From: an uncultured Methanomassiliicoccales archaeon | GTDB taxonomy: Archaea; Thermoplasmatota; Thermoplasmata; Methanomassiliicoccales; UBA472 | Assembly: GCA_963695345.1 (NCBI GenBank) | Contig: OY968769.1 | Coordinates: forward strand, 2,144,001 to 2,208,000 | Length of the DNA stretch: 64,000 bases | Direction: 5' to 3' | Notes under the pieces: generated by a model | Seen by the model: the letters and a program-made list of their open reading frames with translations, nothing else | Told to the model about the DNA's origin: nothing | Database searches by the model: none | Program-made: the position numbers and the translations under genes | Part shown: piece by piece, positions 22,004 through 34,627 of the stretch | Layout of the letters: every line of letters begins with the position of its first letter | Numbering within the stretch: position 1 is the stretch's first letter

Positions 22004-23875
22004 TCAGAAGTAATACCATATGCTCCGGTAGTCGTCCAGTTCCTCTCCCCTATCCCTCAATCTCAAGAGGTAGTCTAGTATCGGGACGTCGGCATAGACG
22101 TAGGTAGGCGCGTTGCTGATGTTCTTCTCCCATGGGTGGAACTCGTAGATGCGTTCCCCATGGGGAGAGATGGCGATCAGGTCATGATGCTGCCAGGAAC
22201 GCAGGTAGTTCTTGCCCAGGGCGGGAATGTTGAAGACCGGTTCATCCGTCCTCGACAGGCCCGGGAGCATCCTGGCCTCTTCCTTCCTTTCCTGCAGTAT
22301 CCTGGCGATGGGCACCCGGTACCAGTTGGTCTCCTTCTTGCCCTTGGTGTTGAACGTATAGTAGGGGTCCACCCCGATCTGCTTGAGCAGCAATCTCAGG
22401 GCGGACGTCTCGAACTTTCTGCTGTTCTCCATGGTGAACACCTGCTGGTTGTAGACGCCGATGCCCTGCATCCTCAGCTTCTGGATCGCCTTGACCATCT
22501 CCGGGGTCACCTCGTAGGTGTGTTCGACGTGGGTCACGATGCAGAGGTCCTTATCGGGCGGGGAATGGAATTTGCCGATGGCCGCCACCATCTCGTCGGT
22601 GAACCTCATGGGAAGGACCACCGGCAACCGGGTGCCTATCCTGATCCTCCTGACATGCTCGATCTCCGATAATCGCCGCAGGAGGTCGACAAGCACCTCG
22701 TCGCCCATCAGGGCCGGGTCCCCTCCCGTCACCAGGACCTCGGATACCATGGGGTGGGACCTGAACCAGTCGAGCGCCTTGGATATGGAGTCGGGGGAGG
22801 CCATTGCCTTAGGGTCGGCTATGCCGCCTATCTCCCAGTTCCTTTGGCAATAGACGCATATCTGGGCGCAGGCGTTGAACGGTTTCAGGATGGCGATCAT
22901 CGGATATCTCCTGGTCACCAGGTCCACCGGGGAGGTATGGCCTTCCTGCATGAAGTCAAGGTGCTTCGCCCCCATGGATTTCGTTTCCAGTATCCCGCTC
23001 ACGTAGCTCAGGGGCGGGATGACCTGCGCCCTGACCGCATGATCGAATCGGCGCGAGGCGTCCTGATCGAACAGGGACAGGTAATAGGGGGTGATCCCGA
23101 ACGGCAGTCCATGCATGTTCGCCAGTTCGATGGCCGCGCCTTCCTCGTTGGAGAGGTTCACGATCTGTGAGATCGAGTGGGCATCCTTGAACACATTCCT
23201 CTGTTGCCATCGGTGGTCCTCCCAGTCCGATGGTTCCGCCCCTAGGCGTTCCAGTATCCGGTCCCGGTTCTCCTCCCTCATGGCCTTCACCTGTGGGTCA
23301 AGTCCGGATCGGTACGAGGCGATCCTTTTCATGCATTTCTCGGCCATTATGTCTAGGTAGTCCGACCTGACGACGGCCCCTTCCCTGCCACCATAGCTGA
23401 GGAAGGCGGGGGCCGATTCACGGTAGATGTCGGAGAGGCCCAGGGACCCTTTGTCTATGTAATAGAAATCGGCGTATGCCGATCGGCGTTTCTCCCTTAT
23501 CCTCCCGGGATGGTCCCGTATGATATCGACCAGTGTCTCCAGCGTGCTGACATGGGACACGACCTCGTTCCGCCGCGAGAACATGTTCTTCAGGACACCT
23601 ATGCAGTTCATGGCGTTCGACCGTTCCAGGGTCTCTAGGTCGCAGGCGTCCGAGAACAGGAACATTTCCCTTTTATACAGGATCGAGAAGATGTTTTGCC
23701 TCACGGTTTCGAGACTCTCGGCTGATGAGAGCTCGCGGTACATCTCAGGGTCCAGTTTCCTCAGATGGTCCGAGTGCGTTATCTCGAGCGGGGAAACACC
23801 CCTGTTACCCGCCCTCACATCCTCTTCATAGCCTGTCCTACTGTCCATTATGCTGATCGTTTCTTGACTGCTCAT
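22004..23875 (-). CDS. KamA-family radical SAM protein, long form (lysine/glutamate 2,3-aminomutase-like)
   Basis: ITPYY, VTRRYP, CAQICVYCQR, VLVTGGDP, IRIGTR.PVVLP.R, plus an N-terminal extension of about 200 aa. Confidence 0.9.
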   Translation of the reverse strand: MSSQETISIMDSRTGYEEDVRAGNRGVSPLEITHSDHLRKLDPEMYRELSSAESLETVRQNIFSILYKREMFLFSDACDLETLERSNAMNCIGVLKNMFSRRNEVVSHVSTLETLVDIIRDHPGRIREKRRSAYADFYYIDKGSLGLSDIYRESAPAFLSYGGREGAVVRSDYLDIMAEKCMKRIASYRSGLDPQVKAMREENRDRILERLGAEPSDWEDHRWQQRNVFKDAHSISQIVNLSNEEGAAIELANMHGLPFGITPYYLSLFDQDASRRFDHAVRAQVIPPLSYVSGILETKSMGAKHLDFMQEGHTSPVDLVTRRYPMIAILKPFNACAQICVYCQRNWEIGGIADPKAMASPDSISKALDWFRSHPMVSEVLVTGGDPALMGDEVLVDLLRRLSEIEHVRRIRIGTRLPVVLPMRFTDEMVAAIGKFHSPPDKDLCIVTHVEHTYEVTPEMVKAIQKLRMQGIGVYNQQVFTMENSRKFETSALRLLLKQIGVDPYYTFNTKGKKETNWYRVPIARILQERKEEARMLPGLSRTDEPVFNIPALGKNYLRSWQHHDLIAISPHGERIYEFHPWEKNISNAPTYVYADVPILDYLLRLRDRGEELDDYRSIWYYF

Positions 23876-24587
23876 AATAACCCATCCTTTGCTGCGATAA
23901 TGTCTCACCGACCCCCCCATTTTGAGCAGAAGCGGGTACCGGTGAAAGTATCAGAATTAATACGTTTTCAATGCTATTTACACTCTTGCATCACAGGGGA
24001 AATATTTCACCATCTGGATGCCAATATTTTGCATACTTTTTTTGCATAATATTTAGGTATCTCGATGCATCGTTTTTCATCAAACTATCAATGCCGATAC
24101 TTCATTCGAATTAACGTTTTATTATTTATAGTAGAGTATTTTTTATCGAGAAACCCTTCTTTCGGTTAATAAGATGCCCACTCTGTAGGTCAACGAAAGC
24201 GGTCACCAATGATGGAGGAGCGTGATCGATCCCCTGATCGGATGGGCGGTAGGACACGGCCGTCGATCAGATGAACATGCAAGCAGACTGGGAGCCGACA
24301 TCGCCCTCTCCGATGCCGGAAGCTTCCGAGTCCCGAGAAACGGTGCCCGATGTCTTGGGTCAGAATTCCAAGGGAAGGACACCTTAGGGTCAGACCCGCG
24401 TGGCAAGATGATCAAGAGTACCGAAATGGCCGAAGGCTGAGGCCCTCCCCTTAGCCTCCAATACACCGACTTGAAGCGACTGACCCTTGTTGCCTCATCC
24501 CCCCTCCAAGTAATCCGGAGCGATAACGATGGTGAAAAGGATTTAATCGCCCGGATTCCTTGAGGCATTCAAGGACAGGTCCTAGGG

Positions 24588-26453
24588 ATGACGAAAGACC
24601 GGCTCAAGGTCTACGGAAAAAAGGTCACCACGGCGGAAGACGCAGTCCGCTCCATAGGTCGGGGCAAGACCATATTCATCGGCACCGGGTGCGGGGAACC
24701 GCAGGCGCTGGTGATGGCGCTCATCGCCGAGTCCGAGAACCTGGGGGACAATGAGATCGTCCAGACCCTGTCGCTTGGACTGATGCCTTACAACGAAGAA
24801 CGGTTCAACGATCGTTTCCGCCTCAACGCATTCTTCATTGGGCCCAATGTACGATACGCCGTCAATGACGGCAGGGCGGACTACACCCCGGTCAACCTGT
24901 CGCAGATCGAGAGGATGTTCGAATCCGGCAAGGTGGTCATCGACGTGGCGTTGATCCAGGTATCACCTCCCGACGCCAACGGGGACTGTTCATTGGGCGT
25001 TTCCGTGGACATTACCAAGTCGGCCGCCGAGAATGCCGACATGGTGATCGCCCAGGTCAATCACAACATGCCCCGAACGCACGGGGATTCTCTCATCAAC
25101 ATATCCGAGATCGACCATGTGGTGGAGATCGATGAACCGATCTTCGAATGGAGGCCAGAGCGGGAGGAGAAGATGGAGGTCCTTACCAAGCTGGGCAAAT
25201 ACCTGTCTGACCTGGTGCCGGATGGAGCCACGCTGCAGATCGGTTACGGTTCCACCCCGGACGCGGCCATCAAGTATCTGGCCAAGAAGAAGGACCTGGG
25301 CGTTCACACCGAACTGCTCTCGGATGGATTGGTCACTCTCATCGAATCCGGGGCGGTCAACGGTTCGAGAAAGACCCTGGACAGCGGCAAGGTGGTGGCA
25401 TCCTTCGTCATGGGCACGCAGCGTGTCTACGATTTCATCAACGACAATCCGATGGTCGAGATGCGCCAGTCGTCGTACACGAACGATCCGTGCATCATCG
25501 GAAGACAGGACAACATGATCTCGATCAATTCCGCGCTGCAGGTCGACCTCACCGGTCAGGTCTGCGCCGATCAGTTGGGAAACAAGTTCTTCTCCGGTCT
25601 GGGAGGCCATGTGGATTTCATGCGAGGGGCGGCACGTTCGAAGGGCGGAAAGCCGATCATCGCCATGCCGTCGACGGCCCGGGACGGGTCGGTGTCTCGC
25701 ATAATGACCACCCTGGACCCGGGCTCGGCGGTCACCACCACCAGGGGCGATGTGCACTATATCGTGACCGAATACGGCATCGCCGAACTGCATGGCAAGA
25801 GCATCTCGCAGAGGGCGATCGCGCTCATATCGATAGCCCACCCGAAGTTCCGCCCACAGCTTCTGGCACATGCAAAATCGCTCGGTTATGTGTTCAAGGA
25901 CGTCTCGGGAATGATGTTCACCGGAACGATCTACCCGGAGCAGTACGAGGCCGTCCTGATGATGAAAGGCGTCGAGGTCTACTTCCGCCCGGCAAAACTG
26001 ACCGATGAGGCGATGATCAAGGAGATGTTCTACTCTCTATCCGAGGCGACCATGTACCAGCGTTACATGGGGCCGAAGAAGCAGATGCCCCACAAGGAGA
26101 TCCAGCGTCTCATCGACATCGACTACGAGGGGACCATGACGGTCATCGCCATGGAAAAGGACTCTGACCATTTCCACGTGATCGGCATGGCGTCCTACGA
26201 CACGGACAAGGCCAGCAACACCGCCGAGGTGGCATTCGTGGTGGTCGACCGCTGGCAGAACAAAGGCATAGGCATGCAGTTCATGGACATGCTGATCAAG
26301 ATCGCCAAGGACAAAGGGGTGAGGGCATTCACTGCCGAACTGCTGTCGGAGAACTTCCGCATGCTCGACATGTTCTATCGCACCGGGCTCAAGGTCGAGG
26401 CGAGATTGGTCGAGGATACCTACATGGTCAACATGGACCTTTGGTCAAAGTGA
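24588..26453 (+). CDS. Acetyl-CoA hydrolase/CoA-transferase fused to a C-terminal GNAT acetyltransferase
   Basis: DVALIQVSPPD, TLQIG, LGVHTE, G.GG.VDF.RGA..S.GG, VTEYG; GNAT motif AEVAFVV.D.WQNKGIG...N..M. Confidence 0.92.
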   Translation: MTKDRLKVYGKKVTTAEDAVRSIGRGKTIFIGTGCGEPQALVMALIAESENLGDNEIVQTLSLGLMPYNEERFNDRFRLNAFFIGPNVRYAVNDGRADYTPVNLSQIERMFESGKVVIDVALIQVSPPDANGDCSLGVSVDITKSAAENADMVIAQVNHNMPRTHGDSLINISEIDHVVEIDEPIFEWRPEREEKMEVLTKLGKYLSDLVPDGATLQIGYGSTPDAAIKYLAKKKDLGVHTELLSDGLVTLIESGAVNGSRKTLDSGKVVASFVMGTQRVYDFINDNPMVEMRQSSYTNDPCIIGRQDNMISINSALQVDLTGQVCADQLGNKFFSGLGGHVDFMRGAARSKGGKPIIAMPSTARDGSVSRIMTTLDPGSAVTTTRGDVHYIVTEYGIAELHGKSISQRAIALISIAHPKFRPQLLAHAKSLGYVFKDVSGMMFTGTIYPEQYEAVLMMKGVEVYFRPAKLTDEAMIKEMFYSLSEATMYQRYMGPKKQMPHKEIQRLIDIDYEGTMTVIAMEKDSDHFHVIGMASYDTDKASNTAEVAFVVVDRWQNKGIGMQFMDMLIKIAKDKGVRAFTAELLSENFRMLDMFYRTGLKVEARLVEDTYMVNMDLWSK

Positions 26454-26693
26454 CCGTCGAAGGTTTTATAGCGGCCAGGAAGGGGTTCAAGGATTGATCT
26501 CAGGGGGACGTGTCGTCATCCATTTTCAGGAATCCTACAAGAAGTGTCTACAGATGGAAAAAACCTGGCGGAGGGGATGTCCCTCCTAATAGGTTTGGAA
26601 ATTATTAGGGGGGCCAAAGGTGGTTCCTTCGGCGTCCCTCGCAGGACGAACCAATATTTCATAATTATTGGCTCATCCTACGGACTTTCGGAA

Positions 26694-28673
<1,980 letters not shown>

Positions 28674-29247
28674 CCCTTTTCCTCCGGGGTTAGGCCGCTT
28701 CCCTGGGGACTGTCAACTAAACAAATCCCTAATTCGAAAGCACGCCGAGCCCATTCAGGTCCACAGACATAATTAAATCTTTCGAGAACACCCGACGATA
28801 ATTGACGAATTCATAAGATAATATGTGGTAATGCGTACGGTCAATACGGTATTCGTATCAATATCTTACAATCAGTTGTGCCTTCCGCATTATTGCATGG
28901 TTTTTCTGGGAACACCGCATATTTCATCGAACCACCGGCATTTTCATTGTCCGGTCGAGGCGCTCTGTATGACATGGTTATACTGATCAGACATGAGAGT
29001 GCCACGAAATATCTTGCTGATCGACTGACGATTGCAAACTTAACCTTGGAAATGACAAATATCGGCTGGCATGGTCCAAGATGGCTAAGAGCCCAGTAAG
29101 GAACATATCGGGGCGGCAATCCAGAGACAATTTCCGTTGCCGCACACATCATGATCTGGAAAAGACGTGATCAAAGGGAGATAGCCCTTCCCGGATAAAG
29201 TTCGGGAAGGGAAAATGCATTCTCCCTGATCAAACCCCACCCATCGC

Positions 29248-29610
29248 TCACGCAGGCTGCTTTGCCATCTCCAGGAATGCCGACATGTCTATATCATACG
29301 ACGCGTCCTGGGTCGTACCGTCGATCATCTCGATCTTGGCCCTGATCTTGTTCCTTTCGAACACTATCTGGGCGTTCCTAACGTTCGACTTGTACATGCT
29401 GATCCTTTTCCCTGCCTGGGTAAGCCTTCTTTCCGCGCAGAACATCAGGCCAGAATCTTCTAGCAGCTTGATCTTGCGGTAGCAAGCGGCGATCGGTATT
29501 CCGAGCTTGTCACTGAGTTCGAATGCGCTTTTTGGCTTTCCCATTGTAGCAAGGAGTATCTTTGCAGAGTACTCCTCCGTCAATAACCTCGATGTTTCGA
29601 GAGCGTGCAT
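29248..29610 (-). CDS. Winged-helix (ArsR-like) transcriptional regulator
   Basis: KPKSAFELSDKLGIPIAACYRKIKLLEDSGL helix-turn-helix and wing; ATG 29610. Confidence 0.85.
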   Translation of the reverse strand: MHALETSRLLTEEYSAKILLATMGKPKSAFELSDKLGIPIAACYRKIKLLEDSGLMFCAERRLTQAGKRISMYKSNVRNAQIVFERNKIRAKIEMIDGTTQDASYDIDMSAFLEMAKQPA

Positions 29611-30003
29611 TTTCCGACACCTAGGGAAAGGACGCCATTTTTGGGTATATAATGCAAATTGGGCGGCTATCACTATTGATTTCAGTATTTTTAGGGTAGC
29701 CAGTAGGTGAAATTTTAATCAGAAGCAATCATTCCGGGATGTGAAATTAAATGATTCCGACTCTTGATAATGTTCCAATTATTGGATTTCATCGCCAATC
29801 GAGGTCCACTAATAGAAATAGATATTGAAGACAAGTTCGTTTTTCGGCCAACTACCGTTGCGCAGGCGATCTCATCGTTCTCATCGATTCGGATGTGTGG
29901 AATGAGTCACGGAAACGAGCATAATTGTTTTTATTCGTTTTCGGTTTCAATATTATATCACGTTTTGACGTATCGGCGTCAGGGAACCAGGGTCCTGAGG
30001 AAG

Positions 30004-32316
30004 ATGCCTGAGAACAAAGGGTCGAAATGGAAGGATAGGTCCGGCCTGGCCGTCGTTGGGGTTTGGATAACCCTGTTCATCTTACTGCTCCTGTTCAAGG
30101 TGAGGTCACCGGTCATCGATGACCCACAACTGCAATTCGCTCTGCACCTGGTGTTCATACTGGGAGTAGGGATCGTCATCGGGGCGTTATCATCAAAGAG
30201 CTATCTAGAATCAGGACCGCTGAACATTCTGTTCTTGGGGGCCTCCCTGCTCGTGTACGGCGTGGTCACGACGATCTCGGAGTTCATCCGGGCCACCGGT
30301 GGCACCAGCTATGCGGCGATCGGGAACCTGGGTGTTTTCCTGTCAACCTTCTTGATGTTTGGTGGCGCGGTCCTGACATTGTTGGGGACAATATCGTACA
30401 GACGATCCGACCGGAGGTTCATCCTGTCATCCCTCTACACGATTTCTGCCCTGGCCATTATCATAATCATCCTTATCGCCGAAGTGTTCGTGCGTCCCTA
30501 TTTCCTCTCTCAAACCGATTCGTCGGCCCTGCGCCAAGGGATCCTGTTGGTAGCGTTTCTTTTCGTCCTTTTCAGCTGCGCTATCATCGGGAGGAGGTAT
30601 ATGCAGACAAGATCATCGGTCCTGTATTGGTTCGTGCTAGCCCTCGCCCTATTGGTGGTGGCCCTGATCAGTGCGGTTTTCTTCCAGCAGCAGGGCGACC
30701 CGATGTACTGGACCTCAAGAACGTCCCAGTATCTGTCCGGCATCTTCTTCCTGATAGCGATCCGCAGCGTAGTCACCGAAGAGGATACTGATGCCAGTCT
30801 GCCTGAGAAATACGGTGAGGCATTTGGGAGCGACATCGAGCAGACCGCCGTGCTGTTCAAGAACATGTTCAACTCCTTTGCTTTCCACCGGATCGTAACC
30901 GATAATGCCGGAAAACCGGTCGACTACATTTTTCTGGATGTGAATGACGCATTCGAAAAAAGTACTGGAATCAAGAGGGAAGAGGCAATCGGAAGACGGG
31001 TGACCGAGGTCATCCCCGGCATAGCGAAGGACCCGACCGACTGGATAGGGATCTATGGACGGGTAGCTCTTCAAGGGGAATCGGTCCAATTCGAGAACCA
31101 CGATCCGGCGTTCGGGAAATGGTTCCGGATATCGGCCTATAGCCCCAGGAAGCGGTATTTCATAACCATCTTCGATGACATCACCGAAAGGAGGGAAGCG
31201 GAATTCGCATTGCTCGAGAATGAGCAGCGCCTGCGCTCCCATGTCGAGAACACGCCCATGGCGGTCGTGGAATGGGACTCGGATTTCAAGGTCACCCGCT
31301 GGGCAGGCGAGGCCGAGAGCATCTTCGGCTGGTCCGCATCCGAGGCGGTCGGCAAACCGGTCATGGACCTGAACATGATCTATGAGCCAGACATTTCCAT
31401 CGTTAACGCGACCATCGCCAAACTCACCGATGGGTTGAGCAAGAAGGTCGTCTCCACCAACAGGAATGTCACCAGGGACGGACGGATCATCACCTGCACC
31501 TGGTACAATTCGGCCCTTATGGACGAAAAGGGGAGGACGACGTCGGTCCTTTCAATGGTGCTTGATATCTCCGCCAGGGTCCAAGCCGAGAAGGAACTGA
31601 AGGACAACGCCGATCGGCTGGCAATAAGTAACGCGGAACTTCAGCAATTCGCCTATGTCGCCTCGCATGACCTGCAGGAGCCTCTCAGGATGGTGGTCAG
31701 CTACCTTACGCTCCTGGAAAGGAAGTACAATGATGCTATGGAACCGAATGCCCGGGAATACATTAAGAACGCCGTGGAGGGCGGGGAAAGGATGCGGGCG
31801 CTGATCGACGCCCTTCTCGCCTATTCACGTCTGGACACGAAGGGTGAGGAGTTCCAGAAGGTCGATATGGGCGAGGTGGTCGATAAGGTGATCATGAATC
31901 TCAAGGTCCTTATCGAAGAAACGAAATCTGAAATAGTCATCGTTCCCATGCCAATCATAACAGCGGATGAATCACAGATGGTCCAGCTCTTGCAGAACCT
32001 GGTCGGTAATGCGATCAAGTTCCGGAAGGCGGAACGACCCAAGGTCCACATATCCGCAGAGAGGAACGATGACATGTGGAAGTTCGCAGTGGCCGATAAC
32101 GGAATAGGTCTGGATACCAGATACTCGGAGAGGGTCTTCCAGATGTTCCAAAGGCTGCACACCAAGGAGGAATACCCTGGTACCGGCGTGGGTCTGGCGG
32201 TCGCCAAGAAGATTGTGGAACACCATGGCGGGCGGATTTGGTTCGAGTCCGAGGCTGGCCAGGGTACAACGTTCTATTTCACTATCAATGCTATTGAGAG
32301 GAGTGTCCATGAATAG
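30004..32316 (+). CDS. Membrane sensor histidine kinase (multi-TM domain, 2 PAS, HisKA, HATPase)
   Basis: About 8 TM segments, PAS motifs, FAYVASHDLQEPLR, NLVGNAIKF, DNGIG, GTGVGLA. Confidence 0.92.
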   Translation: MPENKGSKWKDRSGLAVVGVWITLFILLLLFKVRSPVIDDPQLQFALHLVFILGVGIVIGALSSKSYLESGPLNILFLGASLLVYGVVTTISEFIRATGGTSYAAIGNLGVFLSTFLMFGGAVLTLLGTISYRRSDRRFILSSLYTISALAIIIIILIAEVFVRPYFLSQTDSSALRQGILLVAFLFVLFSCAIIGRRYMQTRSSVLYWFVLALALLVVALISAVFFQQQGDPMYWTSRTSQYLSGIFFLIAIRSVVTEEDTDASLPEKYGEAFGSDIEQTAVLFKNMFNSFAFHRIVTDNAGKPVDYIFLDVNDAFEKSTGIKREEAIGRRVTEVIPGIAKDPTDWIGIYGRVALQGESVQFENHDPAFGKWFRISAYSPRKRYFITIFDDITERREAEFALLENEQRLRSHVENTPMAVVEWDSDFKVTRWAGEAESIFGWSASEAVGKPVMDLNMIYEPDISIVNATIAKLTDGLSKKVVSTNRNVTRDGRIITCTWYNSALMDEKGRTTSVLSMVLDISARVQAEKELKDNADRLAISNAELQQFAYVASHDLQEPLRMVVSYLTLLERKYNDAMEPNAREYIKNAVEGGERMRALIDALLAYSRLDTKGEEFQKVDMGEVVDKVIMNLKVLIEETKSEIVIVPMPIITADESQMVQLLQNLVGNAIKFRKAERPKVHISAERNDDMWKFAVADNGIGLDTRYSERVFQMFQRLHTKEEYPGTGVGLAVAKKIVEHHGGRIWFESEAGQGTTFYFTINAIERSVHE

Positions 32317-32734
32317 GTCGATAGAGGTCCTGCTGATCGAGGACAATCCGGCCGACGCATATCTGGCATGTGAATACCTGAACGATACCGGCTTTGATGT
32401 TAGGGTGACAAAGCTCCAGGACGGGAAGGCGGCGATCGACTATTTTGAGGAGGTCCTTAGAGGCGTTCGGAATATGCCAGACCTCGTCCTGCTCGACCTG
32501 AACCTGCCCAAGCAGAATGGGCAGGAGGTGCTGGAGTTCATACGGCGCCATGATAATGCGGTCACCGTATTGATCTACAGCGGTTCCGCATCCCCGATGG
32601 ACCGGCAAAGGGCGGAGACCAGCCAAGTCAATGGGTACCTGGTCAAGCCGATGACCGGAGAAGAGATGGACGAGGTCGTTTTCCAGCTCAAGAAGGTCCT
32701 GAAAGGCATAGATGGGCGTTTTGCCTCCTGCTAA
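32309..32734 (+). CDS. Single-domain response regulator
   Basis: LLIEDNPAD, PDLVLLDLNLPK, YLVKP; overlaps the kinase stop. Confidence 0.92.
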   Translation: MNRSIEVLLIEDNPADAYLACEYLNDTGFDVRVTKLQDGKAAIDYFEEVLRGVRNMPDLVLLDLNLPKQNGQEVLEFIRRHDNAVTVLIYSGSASPMDRQRAETSQVNGYLVKPMTGEEMDEVVFQLKKVLKGIDGRFASC

Positions 32735-32908
32735 CGGGAGTTGGACCCACCAGATAGGCAGCCCTTGGTTGGGGGGTATGTCCTTGCATGTTTTTGAAAT
32801 TCTAACAAATAGATTTAATTAATGGCCATGTTGATTCTTCACCATCGGGACACGCCCTAGGGAGGTGCATCGTATGGCATGTGGAAAATGCGCGCCAAAA
32901 GGCGCGGA

Positions 32909-32936
32909 TAAGAAGAAGGATGAGAAGAAAAAGAAG
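32909..32936 (-). terminator. Pyrimidine/T-rich archaeal terminator-like tract after the DMT gene
   Basis: The minus strand reads CTTCTTTTTCTTCTCATCCTTCTTCTT about 40 nt after the stop. Confidence 0.45.
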
Positions 32937-32977
32937 TGATATCCTTTCTGATCCACAAACCGTTTCCACCTTTATGG

Positions 32978-33880
32978 TCAGTTCTGTTTTGCCACGAATA
33001 TGATCGCGACAAAGGTTAACAGTGCACCGACGATCACGAACTGGTCTATCTGTTCCCCAAGGACCATCCAGCTGAGGACGACGGCAAAGGTCGATTCGAG
33101 CATCAGGACGGTCGCGGAGGTGACCACGCTGATATGTTTCAAAGCCTTGACCCACAGCATGGTGGGCACCGTTGAGCACATGACACCGATGTAGATCATG
33201 AGGGGGATCGCATCCCCATCGAAGTTGCTGACATTTCCCACCATTACCGCCATTAGTAGTAGAGTCAACGGAAGGAACATGTGCAGGCTGAGGGACCATT
33301 GGTCATATTCCATCTTCTTCAGGGCCACGCGGGACATGACGACCACCAGGCCGATGAAAACCGCAGACACCAGGACCAAGAGGTCGCCCACTAGCTGGTC
33401 GCCATTCAGGGTTGCTAGATCCCACTTCGTGGTCAGGGTGATCAGGCCCAGGAACCCAATGAGCAGTCCGATGCTCCTGTTCATTCCCAGCTTTTCCCCG
33501 AAGGCGAGGCGGGAGAATATGGCCACGAAAATGACGTTCGAACCGACGATGAGCCCGGCCACCGCCGCGGTGGTCATGGTCAGTCCAATGTATTGACTCG
33601 CCACCACACCGGTGTTCAGTATGGGCGCCGTCCAGAACTCCCACCTCCTGAACATGGAGAGCTGCAGTGAACCCCTCCATGCCATGAACGCGAGAATGAC
33701 CAGGGTGCCGACCCCCATGGCTATGGCGCCGAACAGGAACGGGTCCACGCTTCCGACCCCTACCTTCGCCGCCACATATGATGAGCCAAGCATCGCGCTC
33801 GATACGATGGTTATCAACAGCGCGGCCGACTCGTCGGAGGTTACGATCCTATTCTTCTTCAAGGTCTCAGGCCCACCCAA
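32978..33880 (-). CDS. DMT/EamA family transporter
   Basis: About 10 TM helices with duplicated EamA motifs (FGEKLG, GDLLVL.SA, LESTFA..LSW.VLGE). Confidence 0.9.
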   Translation of the reverse strand: MGGPETLKKNRIVTSDESAALLITIVSSAMLGSSYVAAKVGVGSVDPFLFGAIAMGVGTLVILAFMAWRGSLQLSMFRRWEFWTAPILNTGVVASQYIGLTMTTAAVAGLIVGSNVIFVAIFSRLAFGEKLGMNRSIGLLIGFLGLITLTTKWDLATLNGDQLVGDLLVLVSAVFIGLVVVMSRVALKKMEYDQWSLSLHMFLPLTLLLMAVMVGNVSNFDGDAIPLMIYIGVMCSTVPTMLWVKALKHISVVTSATVLMLESTFAVVLSWMVLGEQIDQFVIVGALLTFVAIIFVAKQN

Positions 33881-33898
33881 GCTAGGGGCGGTCGGGAA

Positions 33899-34627
33899 TC
33901 AATGGTTTCCTATTTTATCTTGGCTATTGTCTCCCTCGTCATCCGGTCTTTGGGATATCCCTATTCTGTTCGCAACGCGTTCCAGACGGAGATCGATCAT
34001 AGTGATGATTCTCGAGAGATCGAGGCCATCCACGACCAGTCCGATCAATATCCCGATCAAGGCCCCGCTCGCCACATCATATGGGAAATGGACCCCGATA
34101 TACACTCGGCTGAAACCTACCGCCGCGGCCAGGAACAGAAGGGGCAGCAGGGCCCTGCGCCATTTCAGGCCGATCGCTATCGCCCCGGCGAAGGCGGTCA
34201 TGGCGTGAGCGGAGGGGAAGGAGGGGTCTGACGGCCGATACAAAGGGTCGACTGCCATGATGACATCGAACGGCCGCGGCCTGTCAATGGCATATTTCAT
34301 CGCGCCAGCGATCAGGATGACCATCAGCAACGCTACGAACAACGCGCCCGCTTCCTTCTTTCGGTGTATGGCCCACAGCAGTGGCACGACAAGGAACCAG
34401 ACGACAAGTGAGCCCAGTTCCGTAACGACTCGGGAGAACGATTTCAGGGCCGTCTCATATTGTTCCCTGGCCTCATGGAACAGCCAGACATCCAGGTCCG
34501 TGATCAACTTGAGCTGTAGGAGCAGCGTCAGGACGATGCAGGCAGTCATCAGGGCAACGATGGCGGTCGAGGTCCGGACGGTGAAAACCCTGTGGTAGTC
34601 ACTTGGCATTCCATCATTATCCCCCAT
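33899..34627 (-). CDS. PAP2-family membrane phosphatase
   Basis: K....RPRP, SFPSAH, SRVYIGVHFPYDV. The start is uncertain. Confidence 0.9.
   Translation of the reverse strand: MGDNDGMPSDYHRVFTVRTSTAIVALMTACIVLTLLLQLKLITDLDVWLFHEAREQYETALKSFSRVVTELGSLVVWFLVVPLLWAIHRKKEAGALFVALLMVILIAGAMKYAIDRPRPFDVIMAVDPLYRPSDPSFPSAHAMTAFAGAIAIGLKWRRALLPLLFLAAAVGFSRVYIGVHFPYDVASGALIGILIGLVVDGLDLSRIITMIDLRLERVANRIGISQRPDDEGDNSQDKIGNH

Noticed and set aside
24200-24460. RNase P RNA or SRP RNA
   Set aside because: Neither strand shows the GAGGAAAGUCC/AACAGAA or SRP helix-8 signatures.
29168-29232. Nested inverted repeat after the wHTH gene
   Set aside because: Position and size fit an ordinary 3' hairpin; no promoter or second copy seen.
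29764-30003. N-terminal extensions in the ORF track (also 900-956, 23876-23920, 34725-34961, 52264-52464)
   Set aside because: They run through AT-rich promoter DNA and lack family similarity; downstream starts fit better.
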